Shown: positions 9,847 through 20,447 of the stretch, piece by piece
Position numbering within the stretch: position 1 is the stretch's first letter
How the letters are laid out: each line of letters opens with the position of its first letter
DNA from: an uncultured Gemmatimonadales bacterium
Lineage (GTDB): Bacteria; Gemmatimonadota; Gemmatimonadetes; Gemmatimonadales; GWC2-71-9
Length of the DNA stretch: 64,000 nucleotides
Reading direction: 5' to 3'
NCBI GenBank assembly: GCA_963840165.1
Contig: CAWIXT010000006.1
Span: forward strand, 310,244 to 374,243
Made by a program: the position numbers and the translations under genes
The notes under the pieces: model-generated
Seen by the model: the letters and a program-made list of their open reading frames with translations, nothing else
Told to the model about the DNA's origin: nothing
The model's database searches: none

Positions 9847-10523
9847 CGAATCGTGCTTCTCCCACAGGTCCGGCCGTCGCTCCCGGGTCAGCCGCTCCGA
9901 TTCCGCCTGCGCGCCACGCCGCGATCTCGGCGTGATTTCCCGAGCGCAGCACTTCGGCACCTCCAGCCCCCGATACTCCGGCGGCCGGGTATAGCTCGGC
10001 GGGCTCAGCAACCCGTCGTAGTGCGAGTCGGCGCTGGCCGATTCGTGATCGCCCAACGCGCCGGGCAGCAGCCGTACCACCGCATCGAGGACACACAGAG
10101 CGCCGCCGGCTCGCCTCCCGACAGCACGAAGTCGCCGATCGAGAGCTCCTCGGTGGCGAGCCCATCGGCCACCCGCTGGTCCACGTCCTTGTAGTGACCA
10201 CACAGCAGCGTGAGCCGTTCGACCCAGCGAGAAGCGCACCGCGTCGTCGTGGGTGAAGCGTCGCCCGCGCGCCGAGAGCAGCACGATCGGTCCGGTGGGC
10301 CGGAGCGTATCCACCGCCTCGAAGAACGGCTCCGGCTTCAGCACCATTCCCGCGCCGCCGCCATACGCGTAGTCGTCCACCGTCGAGTGGCGGTCGTGGG
10401 TGAAGTCTCGCAGCTGCACCAGGCGGAACTGACCAGTCCGGCCGCCGCGGCCCGGCCCGGAATGCTCGCTGCCACGTAGGGCGCGATGACTTCCGGAAAG
10501 AGGGTGACGACATCGATGGTCAA
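9838..10523 (-). pseudogene. trmD: tRNA (guanine37-N1)-methyltransferase; about 5 frameshifts
   Basis: A TTG start at 10523 gives MTIDVVTLFPEVIAPYV. The segments [45 protein letters not shown] and VLRSGNHAEIAAWR are all present, but in alternating frames. Confidence 0.85.
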
Positions 10524-10526
10524 CGT

Positions 10527-10638
10527 CGGTACGGCGGTAGGGCGGTAGGGCGGTATGCGTGAGCCCGTCTCGGATTCCATTCGGCACCCCTCACCTGCTG
10601 TTTACCGCCGTACCGTCCTACCGCCCTACCGCCTATCC
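10527..10638. repeat. Paired inverted arrays of the 8-bp repeat GGCGGTAG/CTACCGCC
   Basis: cggtacggcggtagggcggtagggcggtatgcg (10527-10558) faces tttaccgccgtaccgtcctaccgccctaccgcctatcc (10601-10638). The pair fills the whole rimM-trmD intercistronic gap. Confidence 0.85.
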
Positions 10639-11155
10639 CTCGATCAGTCCCTCCGGCGGCGTCACCACCAGCCTCCGCCCCGCCCGATCCACCTGCTGCA
10701 CGAACTCCTTCTTGTACGGCAGGAGAAACTCGCGCTTGGGCCCCTGCACCTCGATCATGATCCCCGAGGGGATCTCGTACACCGCGGAGACCAGCCCCAG
10801 CGGGGTCTCGTCCGGGCAGCCGCACGGAGAACCCGTCGAGCTCGTGGAGGTAGACCTCGTCGTCTGCCGGCGGCGTCAGCTGATCGGCCGGGACCCCGAG
10901 GAACGTGCCCCGGAACGGATCCAGCGCGTCGCGGCTGTCCACCTCCGCGAACTTCACCAGCCACTCGCGATGGTATTCCCTGCTGCGCTCGACCGTCAGC
11001 GGTCCGGCGACCGTCTCGCCGGCCAGGTTCACCACCCAGAGCTGCCGGCCCGGCGCGAAGTGGGTACCGGGATCGGCCGTCAGCGGGAACAGGGTGCAGT
11101 CACCCTTCAATCCGTGAGGCTTCCGCAGCCGGCCGACGACTACGTGGGCAGTCAC
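10633..11155 (-). pseudogene. rimM: 16S rRNA processing protein RimM; one +1 frameshift near 10814
   Basis: GTG start followed by VVVGRLRKPHGLKGD. After ELDGFSV, the PRC-barrel part (PLGLVSAVYEIPSGIMIEVQGPKREFLLPY...PPEGLIEG stop) reads in the next frame. Confidence 0.8.
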
Positions 11156-11259
11156 GAGTCACGAGTCACGAGTCACGAGTAACGCCGGCAGGCTATGATA
11201 ACACCGACCGAGCGGGCAGCTACCGACTCAGCGACTCGCGACTCGCGACTCGCGACTTC
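11149..11259. repeat. Paired inverted arrays of 7-bp repeats, (GTCACGA)n and (CGACTCG)n
   Basis: cagtcacgagtcacgagtcacgagtcacgagtaacg (11149-11184) faces ccgactcagcgactcgcgactcgcgactcgcgacttc (11223-11259). The pair overlaps the rpsP 3' end and the rimM start. Confidence 0.85.
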
Positions 11260-11511
11260 TGTCGAGAACACCCCCGCCTGCTTCAGCAGCGACTGCACCG
11301 TGTCCGACGGCGTCGCTCCCTTGGCGATCCATTGCCGAGCCTTCTCCGCGTCGACCTTGATCTTGTCGGCGGCCGTCTCGCCCTTCGGGTTGTAGGTGCC
11401 GATGATCTCGATGAAGCGCCCGTCGCGGGGCGCCTCCTGGTCGGCGATCACGATGCGGTAGAGCGGAAGCTTTTTCCGGCCGATCCGGCGGAGACGAATG
11501 CGAGTTGCCAT
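11173..11511 (-). CDS. rpsP: 30S ribosomal protein S16, with a C-terminal tail of about 30 aa encoded by the repeat element
   Basis: [35 protein letters not shown]. The ORF runs through the 7-mer array ([12 protein letters not shown]) before reaching its stop at 11173. Confidence 0.9.
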   Translation of the reverse strand: MATRIRLRRIGRKKLPLYRIVIADQEAPRDGRFIEIIGTYNPKGETAADKIKVDAEKARQWIAKGATPSDTVQSLLKQAGVFSTEVASRESRVAESVAARSVGVIIACRRYS

Positions 11512-11532
11512 GTGGGTTCCTGAGTGTGCGGG

Positions 11533-12878
11533 TTAACCGGGGAATCCGCCGCGTCCGAAAGGCAGCTTCAGACCGGCGCCTCCGGTCTTCCCCGCGATCT
11601 TCATGAACTTCTGCATCTGCTTGAACTGCGACAGCAAGGTGTTGACTTCCTGCACCGTGCGGCCCGACCCCTTGGCGATGCGCAGCCGGCGCTGGCCGTT
11701 GATGACGTCCGGGTTGCTTCGCTCCTTCGGCGTCATCGACAGCACGATCGCCTCGACGTGCTTCAGCTTCTTGTCGTCCAGCTTGGCCGCCTGCAGCATG
11801 GCCGGGTTCATCCCCGGCAGCATGCCGAGCACGTTCTTGAGCGGCCCCATCTTCTGCATCTGCCGCATGGCGTTCAGGAAGTCGCCCAGGTCGAGCCCCT
11901 TCTTCGACTGGACCTTCTTGGCCAGCCGCTCGGCTTCCTTCTCATCGACCGTCGTCTGCGCCTTCTCGACCAGCGACAGGATGTCGCCCTGCTGCAGGAT
12001 CCGCCCCGCCAGCCGGTCGGGATGGAACGGCTCCAGCGCGTCGAGCTTCTCGCCCACGCCGATGTACTTGATCGGCGCGTGGGTGACGCCGTAGATCGAG
12101 AGCGCCGCGCCGCCCCGGGCGTCGCCGTCCATCTTGGTCAGCACCACGCCGGTGATGCCGAGCGCGTCGTGGAAGCCCTGCGCGATCCGGACCGCGTCCT
12201 GGCCGGTCATGCCGTCGGCGACGAGCAGAATCTCGTGGGGCGACACCGCCGCCTTGAGCCGCTTCAGCTCGTCCATCATCTCGTCGTCGATCTGCAGCCG
12301 GCCCGCGGTGTCCACGATGACGGTCCGGGCCCGGGCCTTGCCCGCCGCCACGATCCCGTCGCGCACGATCTTGACGACGTCCTGGTTGCGCATTGTCGCT
12401 GTGGACCCCGACCTCGACCTGGCGTCCCAGCGTGTGCAGCTGGTCGATGGCTGCGGGACGGTACACGTCGGCCGCCACCAGGAACGGCGCCTTCTGCTCC
12501 AGCTTCAGCCGCCTGGCCAGCTTGCCGGCCGTGGTCGTCTTGCCCGACCCCTGCAGGCCGACCAGCAGGATGACCGTCGGCGGCACCGTGGCGTGCGCGA
12601 TCGGCGCCTGCTTCTCGCCCAGCAACAGCGACCAGCTCGTCGTACACGATCTTGACCAGCTGGTGGCCCGGCCGGACCTCCTTCAGTGCGGCGAGCCCGA
12701 TCGCCTTCTCCTGGACCCGGGTAAGGAAGTCCCGGGTCAGATCGAAGCTGACGTCGGCCTCGAGCAGAATCCGCCGGATCTCCCGGAGCCCTTCCTTGAC
12801 CGCCTCTTCCGTCAGAACGCCGCGCCCGGTAAGCCGCTGGAGCGTGGCGTTGAGTTTGCTCGAAAGCTCGTCGAACAT
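11533..12878 (-). pseudogene. ffh: Signal recognition particle protein Ffh; two frameshifts, near 12630 and 12395
   Basis: The N domain MFDELSSKLNATLQRLTG is in ORF 12276..13085. The G domain [15 protein letters not shown] is in 11942..12625. DTAGRL, DGDARGG and the Met-rich M domain are in 11533..12393. Confidence 0.9.
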
Positions 12879-12916
12879 AAGCCCGTAAGAGTAGCAGCGG
12901 AGCGGACTTTCTTCAA

Positions 12917-13076
12917 GGCGGGCGGACTGGCGGGCGGACAGGCGGCAGGCGGACAGGCGGCAGGCGGACAGGCGGACAGGCGGACAGGCGGACAGGCGGA
13001 CAGGCGGACAGGCGGACAGGCGGACAGGCGGACAGGCGGACAGGCGGACAGGCGGACAGGCGGACAGGCGGACAGA
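12917..13076. repeat. Long tandem array of the 8-bp unit GGCGGACA: about 14 perfect plus about 5 degenerate units, roughly 160 bp
   Basis: Read directly from the sequence: ggcggacaggcggacagg... runs without interruption from about 12963 to 13075, with degenerate units from 12917. It lies in the ffh / DUF445 divergent intergenic region. Confidence 0.95.
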
Positions 13077-13085
13077 AGGGAACAC

Positions 13086-13220
13086 CTCATCCCGAGCAAC
13101 GCGAGGGATCTGCTCAGTCAGTTCCCGAACAATGTTGAGTAGGTGCTGCGCTCGCTGGACTCACGCAGGCTGAGGTGTCCTGTTTCCGTCCGCCTTACCG
13201 CCCTACCGCCTTACCGCCTA
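13086..13220. repeat. Single core-element arm plus a C-rich 8-mer array (CTTACCGC/CCTACCGC)
   Basis: cctcatcccgagcaacgcgagggatc at 13086-13110 is identical in 25/26 nt to 8611-8636. tgtcctgtttccgtccgccttaccgccctaccgccttaccgcc lies at 13177-13220. Confidence 0.65.
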
Positions 13221-13229
13221 ATTTCCACC

Positions 13230-14494
13230 ATGCAGCCCAGCGCGCCGATGCAGCCTATCAGAGACGAGGAAGAGCGGCAGCGGCAGCTCGACCGCATGAA
13301 GCGCCGGGCCACCGGGCTCCTGGTGTTCATGGGGGCCGTCTTCTGGTGGCCCGCGTGCTGGAGCCGCGCTACCCCTGGCTCGGCTACGTCCGGGCCACCG
13401 CCGAGGCCTCACTGGTCGGCGGCATCGCCGACTGGTTTGCCATCACCGCGCTGTTCCGCCACCCGCTCAACCTGCCGATCCCCCACACCGCGATCATCCC
13501 CAGCCGGAAGGACAAGATCGGACGCAGCCTCGGCAACTTCGTGCAGAACAACTTCCTGTCGCCCGAGGTCCTTTCGGCCAAGCTGCGAGCCGCCGAGATC
13601 AGCCGCCGGGCTGCCGAGTGGCTGGCCGATCCGGAGAACGCGCGGAAGGCCGCGCGCAACATCGGCGTCGGTGCTGCAAAGCGCGGGCAAGGTATCCGGG
13701 ACGAAGACGTGCACGCGCTGCTGGACCGGAGCGTGATCGAGCCGCTACGGCGGGTGCCGATCGCGCCGGTGTTATCGAAGGGGCTGGAGCTGCTCACGGT
13801 GGACGACCGGCACCAGCAGCTGCTCGACCGGGTCATCAGGTGGCTGACCACGCTGGTGGCCGAGAACGAGGCGCTGATCCGGGACCGGATCCGGGAGGAG
13901 AGCCCCTGGTGGGTACCGGAGATGGTGGACGACAGGATTCACCGGAAGGTGCTGGGCGGGATCGAGCGGACCCTCTATGAGGTTGGGGTCGATCCGGATC
14001 ATCGACTGCGACATCAGTTCGATCAGCTGCTCAGCGAGTGGATCGTTCAGCTGCAGGAGTCACCGGAGGTGATCGCCCGGGCCGAGGCGATCAAGCAGCA
14101 GGTGCTCGATCCCGAAACCAGCGGGCGGATGGCCGCGTCGCTCTGGAACGAGGTCGAAGAGGCGCTGGGCCGCCAGGACCAGTCGAGCGAGGGCGGAGCG
14201 CTCGATGCGGTGGCCCGGGGCCTCTCGGCGCTGGCGCGAGCGGCGCTGGACGATGAAGCGCTGCTGGAAAAGATCGACGGCTGGGTCATCGGGGCGGTGC
14301 TGCGGGTGGTGGATCAGCACCGCCACGAAGCCGGCCAGCTGATCGCCCAGACTGTAAGCGCGTGGGATCCCGAGGAGACCTCGCGCCGGATCGAGCTGCT
14401 GGTGGGGAGAGACCTGCAGTTCATCCGTATCAACGGCACCTTAGTCGGTGGCTTGGTGGGGCTACTGCTCTACTCCGCCACCAGGCTGCTTTAG
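13230..14494 (+). pseudogene. DUF445-family membrane protein; one frameshift near 13340
   Basis: The N-terminus MQPSAPMQPIRDEEERQRQLDRMKRRATGLLVFMGAVF is in ORF 13143..13736. The remainder (GGIADWFAITALFRHPLNLPIPHTAIIP ... INGTLVGGLVGLLLY) is in ORF 13175..14494. Confidence 0.7.
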
Positions 14495-14517
14495 TTCGGA
14501 ACCGGGTGCCGCAGAGT

Positions 14518-16621
14518 TCATCTGAGTGTTACCCGCACCGGATGGCTGGACGAAGTGATCGTTCCATTTCCTAGCTGTCCCGAGGCGTTGAGGCCCCAGC
14601 AGTATCCGGCGCCTTCGTTGGTGATTCCGCACGCGTGTGAGCCACCGGCATCAATCTGGGTGAAGCTGATGCCGCCTTCCACGGGCGCCGGCACCAACTG
14701 CGGACTAGCCGTGCCGCCCCCAAGTGCCCGCCCCCAGCAGTAGCCGGTACCGCTCGAGCCCAGACCACAGCTGAAGGCGTCGCCGGCGCTCAGGGCGCTG
14801 AACTCGATCCCACCTGCGACCGCCACTGGCGTGGTACGCCCGGTGGTCGAGCCGTCCCCTATGGCACCGGCACCATTGGCCCCCCAGCAGAAGGCCTGAC
14901 CATTGGAGATGGCACAGCTATGATATGTGCCTACCGTTAGACTCCCCGGCACGAACACCAGCGATGTTGACACCGGTCGTGGAGTGGTGCTGCACACCAG
15001 ACCGTCGCAGAGCTCGGTCAGCGCCGTGCTGCCCGTCCCAAGCTGCCCATTGGCATTCACGCCCCAGCAGAAGGCCCGGCCGGAGATGTCGATCGCGCAT
15101 GAGTGCGCAGCCCCGGCGGCGGCCGATCCGAAGCTGCTTGCGGACAGGAGTACAGGAACAGCCTGCTCGTCGGTTCTTCCATTGCCGATCTGCCCGAACC
15201 GGCCATCGCCCCAGCAATACACCCGGGCCGAGGTAGTCAGCGCGCAGTTTACGAACCCTTGATTGCTGGTGACCGAACCAGTCGTGCTCCCGAGAGAAAC
15301 ATCCACTCGACGCACTGCCAGGCCCCCCGCCACCGCCGCGGGTGTATCCTGCCGCACCGACCAGGTGCCGTTACCCACCTGAGAGTACTCGTTGTTTCCC
15401 CAGCAGTAGGCCTTTCCAGTCACACTGCGGCCACAGGTATTTCGATGGCCGGCATGGATGCCAGCCCAGGTCACCGCGCCCGAGATTGGCAGCGGTTTCG
15501 ATGAGCTGGTAGGTAGGGCGGCGAGCTGTCCCGACGAATTGCTGCCCCAGCACAAGGCCTCACCCGTAGTGGTCACGCCGCACGTGTGTTGCTGTCCGGC
15601 GCTCACCGCGGCTAAAGCAAGAACGCTGAGTGTTGGGCTCTGACTTTGGAGCGGGGCACCATCAATGGTGGCGTGAATTGGCGCCGACGCCGTAGCACCC
15701 GTGGCCGTAAACAGGGCTGTGTACGTACCGTCTCCGCGATCCAGGGTACTGCCAAACGATCCCGCCGCCGGCTGCCCCAGGCTGAACGTCACGGTCCATC
15801 CACCGGTGGTGAGCGGGTTGCCGGCAGCGTCTCTCGCGTGAAGTGTTACTGTCACCGTGTCACCCACCAGAAGCCGTGAAACCGGCGCGGTAATCGTCGA
15901 CGGCACCGGCGCCACGTCGAATGCTGCCGACGTTGCGAACTGCGCATCCGGCCCGGTGGCCGTCAGCTGATAACCCGGACCGGCGACATCGATCGCCAGA
16001 TCATTGAAGGTCGCAATCCCGCCCACGGCACTGACAACGGTGGTACCCGACAAGGTGGCGCCCGCCGAGTTGGGGGCGACCTGCAGGGAGATCGTCACCG
16101 GGCCGGCTACCAGTTGTCCGGCACCGTCACGGACGTGGATTATGGGCTGCTGAGCGAACGTCTCACCCGCCGTGGCGCCACTGGGTTGCCGCGCAAAGCT
16201 CAGCTCGGACATGCCTGGAGGCAGCTCGGAAACGTCAAAAGTTGCGGACGTGGCAGACTGGATCCCCGCTCCGGTAGCGACGAGCTTGTAGTCCGAGCCT
16301 GCGGCACTGACAGCAAGATCCGCAAAGCTCGCTCTCCCAGCACTGGCGGTCATGACGGTGGTGCCGGATAAGGCAACACCGCTGGTCGTGGGTATCAGCG
16401 TAACGCTGATGGATATGGCGTCGGTAACCAGTTGACCTCCGCCGCCACGAATTTCGATGATCGGCTGCTGAACGAACGGCACGCCGGCTGTTGCACCAGT
16501 CGGTTGCTGCACAAAGACCAGTGAGATGGGCAGGCTCTCCTCGTGGGTGCTCCGCCACAGCTGACACTGCCGAACAGCACCGGCAGAATGCAAAGCCGCA
16601 GAATTTTGCGGTCGAGAGCAT
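14518..16621 (-). pseudogene. Surface lipoprotein with tandem Ig-like domains and a seven-blade RCC1-repeat beta-propeller; two frameshifts inside the signal peptide
   Basis: Seven CWGxNxxGQLG-type blades (CWGSNSSGQLA, CWGNNEYSQVG, CWGDGRFGQIG, CWGVNANGQLG, CWGANGAGAIG, CWGRALGGG, CWGLNASGQLG). Two near-identical modules of about 100 aa (QQPxGATAG...) plus a Big-like module. The lipoprotein signal KILRLCILPVLFGSVSCGG is only readable in a neighbouring frame between the ATG at 16621 and the main ORF. Confidence 0.75.
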
Positions 16622-16871
16622 GAGTCGGATTCACAGATATCGCCCCATGGTTGGTTGGGACTTGGAACCGCTGAGACGCAAGCAAAGAAAAGACTCCGAA
16701 GCCCGCTGATCCCCGAGCAGGAGGCATGCCAACGGGGAATCAACTGGGGTCTAGCTGGCGGGGTAGCCAGGCAACCTCATAGAATGAGCGATCCCGTCCG
16801 CCGGACGAGGGTTATGGGCAGCATTCACATCTTAGAGGTGGGTGGTGCGGCGTCTTACAAAGCAAGAGGGC

Positions 16872-18077
16872 CTATTTGTCTACGGCGACCATCGGCACGT
16901 CGCCCCAGCCGTCCCAGTGCACCGGCGCCAGCACATACCGCATCACCGGCTTACCGTCGAGCTCGAAGGTCTCCAGCAGAGTCCGGTACCCTTCCCGGCT
17001 GGTTTGCCTCAGCTTGCCACCGAATCCCCAGGTGAACCGGTCGGCCGAGCGCTTGTCGTCCCAGGCGAGATACCACACCAGCGCGGGGCCCGCCGGCGTG
17101 GCAACGACCCGATAGCGATCACCGCCCCAGCCGGCCGGACGGATCTCGCGCAGCGCCTGGCGGCCCGACAGATGCGCCATGAGGATGTGGATCTCGCTCT
17201 CGCCGAGGACATCCTCGTAGATCTTCTCCGAATTGGTGGTAAAGGTCAGCGCAAGCGGCTGTTCCCGGAGGTAGCGTTCGGGAAACATGATCTGCTCGGT
17301 CGAGACCGGCATGCGCGGACCAAACGGCACCGTGTCACGCAGCGGCGAGTTTCGCCACCAGTGCATGAACTCCGCTCCAGCCAGATACGGAAAGATGAGC
17401 GCCTCGCGTACGATCAGCGGCGCCTTGGCAAACACCGGCATCGACGATTGCTGCTGCCGGACCTGTTGGCGATAAAGCTCCCAGAACTCCGGGTTGGCCG
17501 TGACGTTCTGGCCTGATGCGAGAACCTCGATCGAGGCGAGCGTGGCCTGGCCTTCGAGGACCGCCTGAGCCGCGGTGAGACGGTCGTTGTTGGACCCGTC
17601 GTACAGGATGGAGTCGAGCGGGATGTACTGGCCCTGAAGCGCGTGGATCATCTCGTGCGCGAGCACCAATCGCAGCTGGGACGGATCGGCATCGGCCACC
17701 GCGAACAGCATCGCGGAATCGGGATCGTAGTATCCCGCTACCTGTTCGGTGTACAGGTCGAGCAGCAGCGCGCGGAGCTGGAGCGAGTCGGGCAACAGGC
17801 CGAACAGCTTATAGGTAGTCTCCAGCCCCTTCAGTTTGGGAGGGGGGAGCTGCTCGTCCAGCTTCCTTATCAGGTAGCCCCTGACCTGTTCCCGGGTGCG
17901 GCTTGCGACTCGGGGCCGGCTCTTGAACTTGAGACCCGCGGCGCGTTCGACCGGCGCCTGGAGGCTGTCCACCAGCCGCTCCATGGTCGCTGCGCCGGGC
18001 CGCGCAGGCGCATCGCCCCGGCAGCCAGGCAGCAGGAGTGTCACGGAGACTCCGATGGTCTGCCAGATGTGTCTCAT
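16872..18077 (-). CDS. Putative zinc metalloprotease lipoprotein (HExxH)
   Basis: The ATG at 18077 gives MRHIWQTIGVSVTLLLPGC (lipobox). The motif LAHEMIHALQ is followed by LEGQATL. The start overlaps the pilD stop (ATGA). The N-terminal 231 aa of ORF 16872..18770 is read-through over pilD. Confidence 0.6.
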   Translation of the reverse strand: MRHIWQTIGVSVTLLLPGCRGDAPARPGAATMERLVDSLQAPVERAAGLKFKSRPRVASRTREQVRGYLIRKLDEQLPPPKLKGLETTYKLFGLLPDSLQLRALLLDLYTEQVAGYYDPDSAMLFAVADADPSQLRLVLAHEMIHALQGQYIPLDSILYDGSNNDRLTAAQAVLEGQATLASIEVLASGQNVTANPEFWELYRQQVRQQQSSMPVFAKAPLIVREALIFPYLAGAEFMHWWRNSPLRDTVPFGPRMPVSTEQIMFPERYLREQPLALTFTTNSEKIYEDVLGESEIHILMAHLSGRQALREIRPAGWGGDRYRVVATPAGPALVWYLAWDDKRSADRFTWGFGGKLRQTSREGYRTLLETFELDGKPVMRYVLAPVHWDGWGDVPMVAVDK

Positions 18078-18877
18078 GCGCCGGCCAGGTATCGGCTGTA
18101 CCAGCCTATCAGGGCGGGTCCGGCCTCGTAGCAGATGGCGGCGCCGATGGCCAGAAAGATTCCGAACGGCACCAGCTTCTTCTGGCCTATGAGCAGGAGC
18201 GGCAGGAAGACCAGACTGCCTGCCAGAGCTCCGAGGAAGATGGTCAGCAACACTCCCTGCCAGCCAAGGAACGCGCCCACCATCGCCATCATCTTGATGT
18301 CTCCACCGCCCATCGCGTCCTCCTTGAACACCCAGGTTCCCACTGTCCCCACAAGCCAGAGGATGCCGAACCCCACCACCGCCCCCAGCAGGGCGGCCCC
18401 GAGCCCCTCCAACCCTCCTGCCAGGCTGAAGAGCAGGCCGATGACGAGCCCGCCCCAGGTAAACTCGTCGGGAATGATGTACTTGCGCGCATCCGTCATG
18501 GCGATGCCCAGCAGCAGTGTACCAAAGACCGCGCCGCGGAGCGCCTCCAGGGTCAGTCCCCGGCGCCACACCATGTAGCCCCACAGCGCGGCGGTGGCGA
18601 GCTCGATCAGCGGATACATGATTGAGATCGGCTGGCTGCAGCCGCGGCAGCGGCCCCGGAGCAGCAGCCAGGAGACCACCGGAACGTTCTCGTACCACGA
18701 CAGTCCCTTGCCGCACCGGGGGCAATGGGACCGGGGATGCACGATCGATTCCTGGGGCTCCGCTCCCCACCGCAGGATGCAGACGTTGAGGAAGCTTCCG
18801 ATCAGCGCCCCGAACAGCGCGCCGTAGAGGACGCCGAGCGGATCGGGATGAGCCAGCTCAATCACGGGTGACCTCAT
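18074..18877 (-). CDS. pilD: Prepilin peptidase (A24 family)
   Basis: CPRCGKGLSWYENVPVVSWLLLRGRCRGC zinc motif, the catalytic-Asp region GGGDIKMMAMVGAFLG, and multiple TM segments. The ATG at 18877 is preferred. Confidence 0.85.
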   Translation of the reverse strand: MRSPVIELAHPDPLGVLYGALFGALIGSFLNVCILRWGAEPQESIVHPRSHCPRCGKGLSWYENVPVVSWLLLRGRCRGCSQPISIMYPLIELATAALWGYMVWRRGLTLEALRGAVFGTLLLGIAMTDARKYIIPDEFTWGGLVIGLLFSLAGGLEGLGAALLGAVVGFGILWLVGTVGTWVFKEDAMGGGDIKMMAMVGAFLGWQGVLLTIFLGALAGSLVFLPLLLIGQKKLVPFGIFLAIGAAICYEAGPALIGWYSRYLAGA

Positions 18878-19637
18878 GCAGGAGGATGCCGGCGGCAACG
18901 GCCACGTTGAGGGATTCGACGCCGCGAGTCATAGGGACCCCGATCCGCCGGGTGGCGGCTGCTTCGAGACTGGGACTCACGCCGGCGCCTTCGTTCCCGA
19001 CCACCAGGAGGATCGGGGGCCGCTCGGGCGTGCGGCGCGGCACGCGGTCCAGGCTTTCCCCGCCGACGGCCGCCACCCAGATCTCGGCCCGTTGCAGGTG
19101 GCCCCAGGCCACCATTTCCTCGGGGGTGGCGGCAACCGACGGCAGACGAAAGGTGGCGCCCATACCGGAGCGGACGACCTTGGGGTTGGTCAGATCGGCC
19201 GTGCCTCTGAGAGCGATGACGCCGGCGGCGCCCAACCCCAGCGCGGTCCGGAGCATGGTGCCCACGTTGCCCGGATCCTGCACCGCGTCGAGCACCAGCG
19301 CGGCCATGCCGGGCATCAGCCGGATGTCGGCCAGGCTCCAGCTCTTCGGCTCTACCACCGCGGTTACGCCCTGCGGATGCTCGGTGTCGGCGAGACCTTC
19401 GAGCTCCGCGTCACTCACCTCCTCCAGCCGGATTCCGCGCTCGAGCAGAGCAGCTTTCAGCGACTTCCCGCGGGTGGTAGCTTCCAGCGCTGGAGACACG
19501 GCGGCGCCTCGGATGTTGATGCCGGTGGCGAGCGCCTCTTCGACCAGACGAATTCCTTCGGCCAGCGCCAGGCCGCGCCGCTCCCGGCCGCGGCGTCGGT
19601 GAAGGTCCCGGACCAGCGTCTGGAGGGAGCTGCTCAT
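18858..19637 (-). CDS. TrmH/SpoU-family RNA 2'-O-methyltransferase
   Basis: This is the C-terminal 259 aa of ORF 18858..20417, from the ATG at 19637. It contains [28 protein letters not shown] and [15 protein letters not shown]. Confidence 0.8.
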   Translation of the reverse strand: MSSSLQTLVRDLHRRRGRERRGLALAEGIRLVEEALATGINIRGAAVSPALEATTRGKSLKAALLERGIRLEEVSDAELEGLADTEHPQGVTAVVEPKSWSLADIRLMPGMAALVLDAVQDPGNVGTMLRTALGLGAAGVIALRGTADLTNPKVVRSGMGATFRLPSVAATPEEMVAWGHLQRAEIWVAAVGGESLDRVPRRTPERPPILLVVGNEGAGVSPSLEAAATRRIGVPMTRGVESLNVAVAAGILLHEVTRD

Positions 19638-19652
19638 GCTGAGACCCACCCG

Positions 19653-20430
<778 letters not shown>

Positions 20431-20447
<17 letters not shown>

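Noticed and set aside
11524-12573. 349-aa plus-strand ORF antisense to ffh. Similar antisense ORFs occur at 7402..8355, 21567..22874, 22597..23736, 24721..25956, 23963..25480, 26066..27169 and 62074..63036
   Set aside because: All overlap well-supported genes on the opposite strand. They show the codon-position GC pattern of antisense frames and carry no recognisable domains.
12917-13076. Possible CRISPR array or coding repeat (ORFs 12276..13085 and 12812..13099 translate it as (VRLSACPP)n / (ACPPVRLS)n)
   Set aside because: The repeat unit is only 8 bp and there are no spacers, so it is not a CRISPR array. The repetitive peptide is an upstream read-through of the real ffh ORF, whose ATG is at 12878, and has no start context of its own.
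16872-18770. 632-aa version of the HExxH protein
   Set aside because: The first 231 aa overlap pilD out of frame and are low-complexity. The lipoprotein signal and the ATGA overlap with the pilD stop at 18074-18077 mark the real start.
19638-19652. TPP riboswitch upstream of thiD
   Set aside because: Only 15 bp separate thiD from the divergent trmH start. There is no room for an aptamer of about 100 nt, and no conserved CTGAGA/ACCTGA elements were seen.
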